From positions 1 through 64,000 of the IMG/VR virus record IMGVR_UViG_3300007511_000003: a stretch of DNA of 64,000 bases. One strand, given 5' to 3'. The number at the start of each line of letters is the position of its first letter. Position 1 is the stretch's first letter. A program made the position numbers and the translations under genes. The stretch is from a virus. The notes under the pieces are model-generated. The model did not search any database and had not been told where the DNA came from. It saw nothing but the letters and a program-made list of their open reading frames with translations. Below are positions 9,990 through 19,360 of this stretch, piece after piece.

Positions 9990-10598
9990 ATGGACCTTGG
10001 TATAAAGCTAGGACCCAATTTTACCCTTCTTGAGTTACTGGATTCCCAGATAGCCCAGCGACACCCGGATATTTGGAAGGAGCAGATGAACCCTCCTGAA
10101 TGCGTGGTCGGGTGTCTACAAAATCTGGTAACCCACTGCATTCAGGTTGCGCGTACAGAGATCGGGTTTCCGATCATGGTGAGCAGTGGGTGGCGGTGCC
10201 CTTCCTTAAACGAGAAAGTAGGCTCCGAACCGACATCCCAACACCTGAAAGGGCAAGCCGCCGACCTGGTCCTTCCAAGGTCCTTCCTTGCTTCCAAAGA
10301 GCCAGGAGTGTTAAGGCTGCGTCAACATATCGAAAGGCGCGTACAGGACCTTACAGGGGCAGGAATACGGCAAGATGTAGGTTCCAACTTCTACCTGTGG
10401 GCTTACCTGGTCTTGAACCGGGAACGTTTGCGGATTGATCAGGTGATCCATGAGTTTGGGTCGGGTCCTGGTCAACCTGGATGGATTCACGTGTCATCTG
10501 TGCCAGGGTCTGTAGGTCGGCAAAAATTAACAGCCCTTGGTGGTTGGGTTAAGAACAGCCCGCGTTCCGTCGAGGAAGCCCTGAGTTACGGCACATGA
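9990..10598 (+). CDS. peptidase M15A-family endolysin
   Basis: NFTL.E, SSGWRC..LN..VG, SQH..GQAAD and WIHVS zinc motifs. Confidence 0.85.
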   Translation: MDLGIKLGPNFTLLELLDSQIAQRHPDIWKEQMNPPECVVGCLQNLVTHCIQVARTEIGFPIMVSSGWRCPSLNEKVGSEPTSQHLKGQAADLVLPRSFLASKEPGVLRLRQHIERRVQDLTGAGIRQDVGSNFYLWAYLVLNRERLRIDQVIHEFGSGPGQPGWIHVSSVPGSVGRQKLTALGGWVKNSPRSVEEALSYGT

Positions 10599-11032
10599 AA
10601 GAGCTTCGTGTGCTTGGTAGTATAGGCACTATTAAGGGTGTGCTCGATGTAATACGAAAAGCCTATAAAAGGGACCGCTTGGGTAAAGAAGGAGGGACCT
10701 GCCATTCACGCACAGGGATAAGTTTACACCACCCGGAAGTGCAAGCCGCTGACGAAGTAGTGTTATTAGGTGGAACTAAGCGTGGAAATTTTATTTCCCA
10801 TTCTATCATTACACGTAGTAAAACCGGTATTATTTTTGACTGTTATGGAGGTCCTTGCCTCGATGTTTGTAATCCACGAGTGGAAGGAAAGAGGATATCC
10901 TTTGACGGAACTAACTATATTTATTGGTTCCAACCCCGACGAGGGGATAAAAACAAAACCCCTTGGGGTGAACCTGTTAAACAGAAGGCTGTCGTAGTCA
11001 GGAGATTTCCTGTCTCTATGTTTACGAAATAA
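10595..11032 (+). CDS. hypothetical protein
   Basis: ATGA overlap with the preceding gene; visibly AT-richer. Confidence 0.5.
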   Translation: MKELRVLGSIGTIKGVLDVIRKAYKRDRLGKEGGTCHSRTGISLHHPEVQAADEVVLLGGTKRGNFISHSIITRSKTGIIFDCYGGPCLDVCNPRVEGKRISFDGTNYIYWFQPRRGDKNKTPWGEPVKQKAVVVRRFPVSMFTK

Positions 11033-11041
11033 GGACTTAAG

Positions 11042-11434
11042 ATGCCCAATCTTGTCATACCATACACGCTGCCTGACAACTACACCTACGACCCAAACAA
11101 GATTGAGGTGGTGGATGGGCACAGCCAACTAAAGACTGCCGGTGTGTGGTCTGGTCTTGTCGCCTATTACAGGATGGAGGAGATGTCCTGGAACGGTTCC
11201 TCTGGGGAGGTCAAAGACAGCTCGCCCAATCATTATGATGGGGTCGCCTATGGTGGTCTCTCGACAAACTCTGCAGGGTTGATAGGACGGTGTGGACTTT
11301 TTGACGGGTCCAACGACCGCATCAAGGTACAGTCTACCTCGATCTCCAGCATCATCTCTGGGTCAAGGCCCTGTTTCTCGTCAACCAGCCGCTCCAAGTA
11401 TGTTCTCATGCCTCTCATGGCGCCCTCCTGCTAA
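11042..11434 (+). pseudogene. truncated LamG/concanavalin-A-like structural protein
   Basis: GLVAYYRMEE.SW.G...EVKDSS...GLFDGSND.I is a LamG-type N-terminal motif; the sequence loses family character after about 11340. Confidence 0.6.
11340..11418 (-). pseudogene. 5' fragment of a small phage early gene
   Basis: AGGAG RBS, then MRGMRTYLERLVDEKQGLDPEMMLEIE; lies downstream of a sigma70 promoter. Confidence 0.5.
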
Positions 11435-11458
11435 TCGTTAACCTACCCTACGATTCTC

Positions 11459-11487
11459 AGTGTATAGAAGGGCCCTGTCGGCGTCAA
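11459..11487 (-). promoter_or_regulatory. sigma70-type promoter
   Basis: Minus strand reads TTGACG-17 nt-TACACT. Confidence 0.65.
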
Positions 11488-11491
11488 CACG

Positions 11492-11515
11492 AAATCCACC
11501 AAGGAAGGTGGATTT
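11492..11515. terminator. hairpin downstream of the primase gene
   Basis: aaatccacc-aaggaa-ggtggattt perfect 9-bp inverted repeat. Confidence 0.55.
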
Positions 11516-11535
11516 TTCATATCTTGTTGGTATCG

Positions 11536-12495
11536 TTACCTTATTGCGATCTTACGTCGTAGCTTTTGCCTCCACTCCCGTGGCATGTTGGCCGGATCCA
11601 CCGACCGTCCCAACTCATCCGAAGCTTGCTTGAGCTTCAACACAGACACCCGTGCCAGTCCCTTGAGAGACCGCCAAACGTCATTGGAGGCCGCTACCCC
11701 GGCTTGGTCTCCGTCAAAGGCCAGGACTATCTTGGGGGCCTCCAGACTGAGTAACAAATCCCTCTTTTCTCGGCCCCAGTTCTTGGCGCCCAGGACCGCC
11801 AACGCCGGTATGCCCTTGTCAATGAGGGCCAACGCATCTCTGGGCCCCTCAACCAACGCTATGCCCTTATTATCCTGTATCAGTGTCCGCACATGGTCGA
11901 AAGGGAATAGACCTTTATTCTTCACCCATGGTCCTTCACTGGTCACATAAGACAAGGCACCTCTCTTCTTCCTCATGCGGGCACGGACGGCTCCCTCCAG
12001 GTGGCCGTTCACCCATACCGGTAACAGCAGGGACGTGGTTTCCTCTTTGGAATCAAAGATAACTTTGGCGTCTACCGCTTGCATGGTAGCCCGCGTCACA
12101 CGTCTCCACTCTGGGTCCTTGAAAGTGAATAAGAGGCCGTCCCCATAATATTGGGCAAAGTCATCCAAAGTGGTACCTGTATGAAATAATTTTCGTTTGA
12201 TACTACGCAGGTCCACCTTGCCTACACGTGTGCCTTGGAATTGGTGGCTGGCTATCTTCTCGAGGTCCAACGTTTTTGCCAGTTGATTCCAATGCCCTTT
12301 AACACCGCAGCCAAAACAATGGAAGTAGCCTATTGGAACCACAGAGTCGTGACCAATATGTATGCTACAGCTAGGTACCGTTTCATGGTGGTAGGGGCAG
12401 CAGATCTTCACATGGCTACCTGAGTACTGCTTGGATATGTGAAGGCGTTGGACTTCGCGTTGGACAATTCTGAGGGCTTCTGACTCTGCAAGCAT
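11536..12495 (-). CDS. dnaG: DNA primase (CHC2 zinc finger + TOPRIM)
   Basis: CPYH...PSC...FHCFGCG zinc finger; LVEGPRDAL and FDGDQAG TOPRIM motifs. Confidence 0.9.
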   Translation of the reverse strand: MLAESEALRIVQREVQRLHISKQYSGSHVKICCPYHHETVPSCSIHIGHDSVVPIGYFHCFGCGVKGHWNQLAKTLDLEKIASHQFQGTRVGKVDLRSIKRKLFHTGTTLDDFAQYYGDGLLFTFKDPEWRRVTRATMQAVDAKVIFDSKEETTSLLLPVWVNGHLEGAVRARMRKKRGALSYVTSEGPWVKNKGLFPFDHVRTLIQDNKGIALVEGPRDALALIDKGIPALAVLGAKNWGREKRDLLLSLEAPKIVLAFDGDQAGVAASNDVWRSLKGLARVSVLKLKQASDELGRSVDPANMPREWRQKLRRKIAIR

Positions 12496-12554
12496 GGCAT
12501 GCTCCTACAATAAACTTGTAAATATAACTCACAATCAATTTACAGAGGGTTCTC

Positions 12555-13550
12555 ATGGTACACCAAATATTGGAAATCTTGGCCCAAGGCCAGTATAAGA
12601 AGACAAAGTATGGCCTTAAGTACGAGGCCATGACCAACGACCAGCAACCAGAACCGGAGCGCCTACCCGAACTACGACCATCCTCGTTTCCAATGTGTTC
12701 TATCCTGACGTTGGAGCAATGGGTTCGTCATAAGCAAGGCCTCCCACGACAACAGGAATGGACAGGTGATTACTATTGTGACGTTGGAACCACTCTTCAT
12801 GCGGTCTGTGAACGATGGATGGGACGCAGGGGCCGACTGTTCGGGAACTGGAGATGCGTGCAGGAGAAATGCCCTTCTAAGGCTGTTCCTACCCAGACCC
12901 CCAGCACAGTAAACAAGTGCCCTCAATGCGGGGCCCAAAGGCATTACGTCGAGCTGGAGGTCAAGTACAAAGGCATTACCGGTCACATTGATGTGGTGGT
13001 CCAAACGCGTGGCGGGTACATCATCGGGGATTACAAAACCACCAGCTTGGAGAAGCTCGGTGGTTGGATCGACAAGCGGGCCAAGAAACTAGGTAAGCCA
13101 AGTCGGTACCTCGTGTCCGAGAAGTACGTAGCCCAGATTAACTCCTATGCCTACATCTTCAGGCGCCTGTTCAAGAAGAAGGTGGTAGGGTGCTCTTTGT
13201 TGTTTGTGGCTCGGGATGATCCGCGGGCGTTCCAAGAGTTTCATATGCCCTATACACAGGCCAACAGCCAACGGATTCGCGGATTCCTTCGACAACAAAC
13301 AGAGGCATTTCAGGCAGCAGAGAAGTCGGTCAAGACAGGGGATCCACGATGGGCCTTCGATGCTCGCATGTGCCAGCAACAACAAGGTACTGACCTTGAT
13401 TACTACAAGAAATCGGCCAAGAAATTCTTTTACCGTGATTGTCCTTGGTTTAAAACGTGCGTTGGAGGACAACAGGCATCCAAATGTAAATCAAGGGTGG
13501 GGGCCCGGTTCAAACGGATGGGCCTTCGTTCCAGGGGTAATACCCTATAA
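12555..13550 (+). CDS. Cas4-like PD-(D/E)xK exonuclease
   Basis: RPSSFPMC, GTTLH, GHID...GDYKT, Q..SY motifs and C-terminal cysteines. Confidence 0.75.
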   Translation: MVHQILEILAQGQYKKTKYGLKYEAMTNDQQPEPERLPELRPSSFPMCSILTLEQWVRHKQGLPRQQEWTGDYYCDVGTTLHAVCERWMGRRGRLFGNWRCVQEKCPSKAVPTQTPSTVNKCPQCGAQRHYVELEVKYKGITGHIDVVVQTRGGYIIGDYKTTSLEKLGGWIDKRAKKLGKPSRYLVSEKYVAQINSYAYIFRRLFKKKVVGCSLLFVARDDPRAFQEFHMPYTQANSQRIRGFLRQQTEAFQAAEKSVKTGDPRWAFDARMCQQQQGTDLDYYKKSAKKFFYRDCPWFKTCVGGQQASKCKSRVGARFKRMGLRSRGNTL

Positions 13551-13573
13551 CCGTATCAATTGAAAGGGTAGTC

Positions 13574-14468
13574 ATGTTAAGACTGAACTCCAAAGGATCT
13601 GAGGTGCGAGACCTACAGGTCAAACTCAACGAGTTCCTGGGTAAACACAACCAGGCGCTCCTCGTTACAGACGGGCACTTCGGAGAAAAGACCGAGGACG
13701 CCGTCATTTTTCTGCAGGAGAAAAAATGACCTGTTGCCGGACGGTATTGTTGGTCCCAATACCATGGAGGCCCTCGGCGTCAAGGTAAAGTCTCCCGAAC
13801 CACTGTTCCATCTTGGAAGCACCCCTGCCCCGGCTCCTTTGGTGAAAGTACGGGCACATGAGTACAAGGATGGGTACAATAACTTCCGCCTCCAAGGGAA
13901 CGCTGCAGCCGCCTATGAAAGTGTGCTCCAGAAAGTAGAACAGGCAGGGGCTTTGATTACCTCCAGTGGTTCCCTCCGTGGTCTCGGTGCCAAAGTGGGT
14001 GCCGCCCGGTCCGCTACTTCCTTTCATTACTCGGGCCTTGCCCTGGACCTTGGGCTTGCCTCAGGTATGAACAATCCCCACAGAGATCCGATGGTGTGTA
14101 CCTGGGATGGGGATTCCAGCGGGCGCCGGTTCCGTGTTTATGCTCGGGCAGAACATGGCGAACAAATGACGTTGGACGCCGTCTCCTACGACAAACGCCA
14201 AGGGGGTATCCGGGTCACCGGCAAGTTTATCGATCTGACGGCACTTTTTGAAGCCAAGGGTTTCGAGAGGATCCGATGCCGTAAGTCCTTCCTGCATGGT
14301 GGGTCCTACCTTGGGGCCGAGTGGTGGCACTTCCAGTTTACCAAGAACCTTGTCCGAGGGACCTCCACTTTCGGCGAGCAACTCCTCAAGGTTTACAGCC
14401 TCCGTGAATTGGAAGGTACTCCTCCCTGGCGGTTCCGTGACCGTGTGTTCGGCATAAACTGGTTCTGA
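13574..14468 (+). CDS. modular endolysin (peptidoglycan-binding domain + M15-like peptidase) interrupted by a +1 frameshift
   Basis: MLRLNSKGSEVRDLQ..L...DGHFG.KTE.AV..LQ stops at TGA 13727; the +1 frame continues LPDGIVGPNT...SFHYSGLALD...EWWHF. Confidence 0.8.
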
Positions 14469-14529
14469 CTCATGTGGAGCCTGTCCTACATTTTGGCTCA
14501 GGCTTGGCGGCTCCTCGTGCATAGATTTC

Positions 14530-15027
14530 ATGACCACGAGGATGCTGCCTTATATACCAACGATTTTGCCAATGGAGAGCATGATGGCCTTGCGAAAGAT
14601 TGACCACTGTTGGGAACGTTTTGGGACCGAAAACTGCCCTCATGCCACCGTGGACAACAACGTGTCTGACTGTGTTAAACCCCCATTACCTGTTACACCA
14701 GGTGTCCTAAGTTCTTTGGGGCGTAGGGTGTTTATGTTTCCACCAAAGTGGGAGTCTGCTTACACCAAGTACAATCGGCTGTACCTCCTTGATGGTACAG
14801 CCGCCGAACGCTGGTTTGCAGACATGGATTTATTAAATACTATTCGATCCTACGGTTGGTATTATTCGCCCCTGGCCTGGCTGATTTGGATTATCACTCG
14901 GGTTGGTGGTGGGCCTTATTGGCCTTTTTGCTGGAGGTGGAATTGCGGGTGGCCTTGGCCCCAGAAGTTGTGGTACTGGGAACAGGAATCCTATGAATAT
15001 TGGGAACGTTTTGACGAGGAACAATAA
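14530..15027 (+). CDS. degenerate DUF1353/PLA2-like protein
   Basis: C-terminus ER..AD..L...RVGG.PYWP..WRW..G resembles the C-terminal domain of 55393-55917. Confidence 0.45.
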   Translation: MTTRMLPYIPTILPMESMMALRKIDHCWERFGTENCPHATVDNNVSDCVKPPLPVTPGVLSSLGRRVFMFPPKWESAYTKYNRLYLLDGTAAERWFADMDLLNTIRSYGWYYSPLAWLIWIITRVGGGPYWPFCWRWNCGWPWPQKLWYWEQESYEYWERFDEEQ

Positions 15028-15028
15028 C

Positions 15029-16015
15029 ATGTCCAAATGGTTGTATAAATACGTAGAGAAGGACCACTATGTCATTCTGTGGGTCCAGGACAAGAAGAAG
15101 CTTGGGCAGGTCGTCAAGAAAGACACTGACTACCTCCAAGTGGTGTTGGAAGAAGGCCGTCCTGATCCTGAGACGCGCCAGGAGCTCACCATTGAGCCTG
15201 CCGATGTTATCCTCAACCTTGGACCAGAACCCGTCCATGGGTCCGTCCATGGCTGTAAGGTCGAACCTTGGCACCAAACGGTGGACAGTGATTTCTGGGG
15301 CCAAATCCACTTCTTCCGTAAACTTTGCAAGGAAGACAAGGCCGAGCTCAAGAAAGGTATGCACGCAGCCCAGAAGGCGCTCAAGAAACACCGGCTATCG
15401 GCGTTCCTTCCCTTGGACGTTGAAGTGCGTCCTGCCCAAGGGAAGTACAGTGGACGTTACAAGTACAGGCAGAAAGGCACAGATACCCTGACCCTGAACC
15501 CCAAGGACTTCCATCCCGCGTCTGTACCTCACCTTGTTACTCACGAGTCGGCACACGGGGTTTGGTTCCGGATGGTACCACAGCACCTCAAAGCTAAGTG
15601 GGTCCAGCTTTATCATGCCTATACCGAGTTGACTGCCTCTACCCCGCAGGAGATTGCCACCCTTCGTGAGGAACTCGAACGGTCCAACATGACAGTCGGC
15701 CAGTTCAAGAAGGCATCAGGCATGACCGACATGCTGAAGGAGTGCCTTGATTATGTAAAAAGAAAGCACGGGCTGACGGTACAGCACGTTGACATCCTTC
15801 TGGACTCGGATGAATCTGTGGCTAAGTATTGGCCCAAAACCATCCAGTTGTTTGACATCGACATACCTGTAACCGATTATTCCAAAGAGTCACCGGAGGA
15901 ATTCTTTGCGGAGTCGTTGGCCATGTACCTCCTTGGAACCAAACTCCCTTCTCGGATTGAAAAAGCCATCCGACAGACCCTCCAAAAAGTGGATCGTTCC
16001 AATGATCCTGGGTGA
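15029..16015 (+). CDS. zincin-like metallopeptidase
   Basis: THESAHG (HExxH) and downstream EEFFAE; start reassigned to ATG 15029 after GAGGA. Confidence 0.65.
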   Translation: MSKWLYKYVEKDHYVILWVQDKKKLGQVVKKDTDYLQVVLEEGRPDPETRQELTIEPADVILNLGPEPVHGSVHGCKVEPWHQTVDSDFWGQIHFFRKLCKEDKAELKKGMHAAQKALKKHRLSAFLPLDVEVRPAQGKYSGRYKYRQKGTDTLTLNPKDFHPASVPHLVTHESAHGVWFRMVPQHLKAKWVQLYHAYTELTASTPQEIATLREELERSNMTVGQFKKASGMTDMLKECLDYVKRKHGLTVQHVDILLDSDESVAKYWPKTIQLFDIDIPVTDYSKESPEEFFAESLAMYLLGTKLPSRIEKAIRQTLQKVDRSNDPG

Positions 16016-16352
16016 CCTCTTATTGGTGGTGGGTATATACTGGTTGACACTGCGGCCAGTTTGGTTGACTTTGAAGGTAAACCTATTATTACATTCCTCA
16101 AGGACCTACCCCTTGACGGTAGGGGTAATGCAGGAAACAGCGCGGGCCTTCCCTTCTACCTGGACCCATGATGCGAACATGAAATGGCCTGCCTTACACG
16201 CGGAATTACAACGCTTGGGATGGTGTTGGAAAAGCGATTACCAATGGAATTTTATCCTACGGTTCTGCACGCAGAACGACCTTATTAGGTGGGATGGAAC
16301 TTCAGGTGTAAATAGAATGGTACGCGGAAACCACTCATGGGAACCGCAATAA
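16002..16352 (+). CDS. hypothetical membrane-anchored protein
   Basis: MILGDLLLVVGIYWL N-terminal hydrophobic segment. Confidence 0.45.
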   Translation: MILGDLLLVVGIYWLTLRPVWLTLKVNLLLHSSRTYPLTVGVMQETARAFPSTWTHDANMKWPALHAELQRLGWCWKSDYQWNFILRFCTQNDLIRWDGTSGVNRMVRGNHSWEPQ

Positions 16353-16364
16353 GGAGAGCAGATA

Positions 16365-17888
16365 ATGATACCAGGAAAATATGAGTTTATCCCGGCAGGG
16401 ATGTTTTATCCTAACCATGGTGGTATGGGGATTTATGTACGGTACCGCGGTGGGGACAACCGCGTTGTATTGAAGTCCCACAGCCCTTGGCATTCCCATG
16501 TCCAATGCCCTGACCGTGAGCTGTACATGGTATGGGATACCAATTATGCCTATGGAAACCACCCAACGGATGGAAGCTGGGATCGGTTCGTGGTCTTGTC
16601 CCCATTCCACGAAAGACAAGCTCAGGACTGGGGTATTCCAACGTTCATGCTCAATTACTTCCAGGTTATGACAAAGGGCTCCCAGAACCATGCTACGCGT
16701 AGGAACGGCAAACGAGGGAAGATCAATCTGGTATGTGATAGCGGAGGGTTCCAGATTCTGACAGGTGTTGTTGAATACCTGGATCCCGTGCAAATTGTTG
16801 AGTGGTATAATGAGAACGTGGACATCGGTCTCGTTCTGGATATCCCTGGTCATGTTAACTGCCATGATACTTACCTTCGGGCGGCTGAGGTACAACGCAA
16901 AAACACCGAGTTGATGCTGAAGCACAAGGCACCGCACTTGGAACTCATGAACATTTTTCATGGGGCCTTTGCCGAGGACAAGGCGGCGTACCGTGAGGTG
17001 TGCGAACACCCAGACATCAACCGCCTCGCGCTTGGGTCTGCTTATTTCGGCAGCATCATGAACAGCATCGATGATATATTTAGTGTTGTAACCACCGGCC
17101 GCAAGTATGACCAATACCATGTTCTTGGGGTTTCAAACGTCCTCCAAGTAATTTTACTTATGCGCATGGCGGCAAAGGGTTTTGCACCTTTGATTACCAG
17201 CGACAGTAGCAGTCATATTGCGGAGGGTACGGTTAAGAGATACCGCTTGTACCCGCATATTGGGGCACATGGCAGGTCGTTTGATATTGGGGACAATACC
17301 AACTACCCAAACCCCAAGAACACCTTGCCATGTAACTGCCCGGTGTGCGAGAACATCAAATACATGGACGTGTTGGCAGCCCTAGACAGTAACGTCGTTA
17401 ACATGATGCTGATGTACCACAACATTTTTGCGGTCCAAAAGTATTACCAAGCGATGGCCGAGATCACTCGCGAGGCTTCTACCACCGAATTGAAACAGCT
17501 AACGAGACTCCAAATGTCTCGGGCTCGTAGTGGTCGCCAGGAGATGATGCGGGGCCTTGATTATATCGACCACATTTGTGACCACGGCGTGGATAAAGCC
17601 CGCCAGAATTACCACTTTTACCTGTCTAAAGGTTTGTTCGGAGGTGGTCCAATGTCTGGGTTCCAAAAGGAAGGCCAGCCCAAGAAAACAGTGGTCGATG
17701 GCAACCTCAAGCATATGCAACGTATTATCGGTCTATACGAGGGTGACCGAAGTGGTCTTGTACATGGACAGAAACCACCCAAACGCCGACTCGTGAAAAA
17801 CCTTGCTGCCTATGCCAAGGCTCGCGTTCCTCCTGGGATGGATCAGAAGAGGAAAGGAAGCTCCAAACATGCGGCAGGAAACGTGTAG
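16365..17888 (+). CDS. TGT-family guanine transglycosylase (Tgt/DpdA-like)
   Basis: DSGGFQ, HVLG, SDSSSH, CNCPVC...HN zinc site. Confidence 0.8.
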   Translation: MIPGKYEFIPAGMFYPNHGGMGIYVRYRGGDNRVVLKSHSPWHSHVQCPDRELYMVWDTNYAYGNHPTDGSWDRFVVLSPFHERQAQDWGIPTFMLNYFQVMTKGSQNHATRRNGKRGKINLVCDSGGFQILTGVVEYLDPVQIVEWYNENVDIGLVLDIPGHVNCHDTYLRAAEVQRKNTELMLKHKAPHLELMNIFHGAFAEDKAAYREVCEHPDINRLALGSAYFGSIMNSIDDIFSVVTTGRKYDQYHVLGVSNVLQVILLMRMAAKGFAPLITSDSSSHIAEGTVKRYRLYPHIGAHGRSFDIGDNTNYPNPKNTLPCNCPVCENIKYMDVLAALDSNVVNMMLMYHNIFAVQKYYQAMAEITREASTTELKQLTRLQMSRARSGRQEMMRGLDYIDHICDHGVDKARQNYHFYLSKGLFGGGPMSGFQKEGQPKKTVVDGNLKHMQRIIGLYEGDRSGLVHGQKPPKRRLVKNLAAYAKARVPPGMDQKRKGSSKHAAGNV

Positions 17889-17900
17889 GGAGACACATAG

Positions 17901-18311
17901 ATGGCACATTTAACAGCCGCTCAGTTGATCAAGCTCACAGACGGGCCCAGGAGAAAGAGGGCTCAGTTTGTGCGTATCGCTGGCGCCAAGAAATACCGTA
18001 CCAAGAAAACAAAACAGGGTGTGATCAGGGCCTCCGTTCGATGTTTGAAGCCTCATGGTTCCGGGCGTATGCATGGGGTGGAGATTCGAGCCCTTACCAA
18101 GCAATATAAAATCAGCAAAGGTCCGGTACGCGTGTGGTGTACTTGCGAAGACTTTATGTACCGGGAGGAATACCCTTTGACCAAGTTGGATGCTAGCCGC
18201 ATTCGTTGGTCCAATGGTATGCCGGCTGTTGTGACGAACCCCTACAACATCCCCTATGTGTGCAAACACTTGGCCAAAGTGCTTGCTACCGCCATCAACA
18301 AACGTATGTAA
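17901..18311 (+). CDS. SWIM zinc-finger protein
   Basis: WCTCEDF...CKHL (CxC...CxH). Confidence 0.65.
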   Translation: MAHLTAAQLIKLTDGPRRKRAQFVRIAGAKKYRTKKTKQGVIRASVRCLKPHGSGRMHGVEIRALTKQYKISKGPVRVWCTCEDFMYREEYPLTKLDASRIRWSNGMPAVVTNPYNIPYVCKHLAKVLATAINKRM

Positions 18312-18315
18312 CCCG

Positions 18316-19293
18316 ATGGCCTACGATTCTTCGATAGTTTCCAGCTTAAAGACCGTTAAGGAACAAATCCAAGGGAATTATACCAGCAGCCAACTCTTAC
18401 AGGTACTCGACCGGTTGTTGGAACAAGCGATCGTACCTATCATTGAAAACACTACCTTCATGGACCGCATTGTGTCGGTGATTATTGGCTGGTACACTGA
18501 CAACCCATGCCGCAAGATCTCATCGATCGGGAGGGAGAAGACATTTTCCCTCCTATTTTTGTACCTGGCGGCCAAGACGGTGCGTGCCAAAAAGCGGATT
18601 CTACGTCAGTTGAGGTTGGAGCGTAACATCCTGATATCCACCATCACGTTATTCTTGGAGCACGTGCGGCCCTACAGGGACCTCATGATACGCAAGATCA
18701 AAACCAAGGATCCTTTTCGCAGGGCCTCCCTGCAACAAAACTTGGATGACATTGAAAAGCAGGTAGGTGCGGTCTCTGAGGTTTATCCAATGTGTGAGAC
18801 CGTTACCTATTGGTTGGCCGAGGCTATGCGGTTCAAAAATATGATCCTTGAGAAGTACATGCGGCATATCGTAAACAGAGCCCATGCCTTCCAATCCCAA
18901 AGTGGTTCTCGCGTAGACATCGAAGACCTCATCCAAAACTTTGTACTGGCGGCCTCCAAGGCTATTGACAAGGCGGATGCCGGCCAAGGAACCCTTACCA
19001 CTTATATTAACCACTGGTTAAAAAACGCCAGCCACAACAGTATAAACGGACATGAGTATGGGGTGGCGTATGTTATCCCACAGTCAGTAAAGTCCAAGAT
19101 CGCGAGAGGAGAATCCCATGACTTTAACCTAGCCCTTGCCCTAGACGACAAATCTTTGGCCCCACAACTTATGGTGGACCCTGAAATAGGCATGGAACAG
19201 CGCATGGAACAGGACCTAATTAGGCGGTTGGCCAAAGCCGCAGACCCAGAGGGGTTTGCTCGCATCGCCCTCAGTATCCCAGAGGTATTGTAG
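18316..19293 (+). CDS. phage-encoded sigma70-family transcription factor
   Basis: Region 2 motif EDLIQN...A..KAIDK.D..QGTLTTYI..W; start probably MAYDS at about 18316; no clear region-4 HTH. Confidence 0.7.
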   Translation: MAYDSSIVSSLKTVKEQIQGNYTSSQLLQVLDRLLEQAIVPIIENTTFMDRIVSVIIGWYTDNPCRKISSIGREKTFSLLFLYLAAKTVRAKKRILRQLRLERNILISTITLFLEHVRPYRDLMIRKIKTKDPFRRASLQQNLDDIEKQVGAVSEVYPMCETVTYWLAEAMRFKNMILEKYMRHIVNRAHAFQSQSGSRVDIEDLIQNFVLAASKAIDKADAGQGTLTTYINHWLKNASHNSINGHEYGVAYVIPQSVKSKIARGESHDFNLALALDDKSLAPQLMVDPEIGMEQRMEQDLIRRLAKAADPEGFARIALSIPEVL

Positions 19294-19360
19294 GTGGATT
19301 CATTAATATGTAAATGGACGTTGAGCCGAATATAAACCCAAAGAGTATGGAGGAGCACCA

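Noticed and set aside
12555-13550. CRISPR-Cas system suggested by the Cas4-like gene
   Set aside because: No repeat-spacer array or other cas gene seen; stand-alone Cas4-like nucleases are common in phages.
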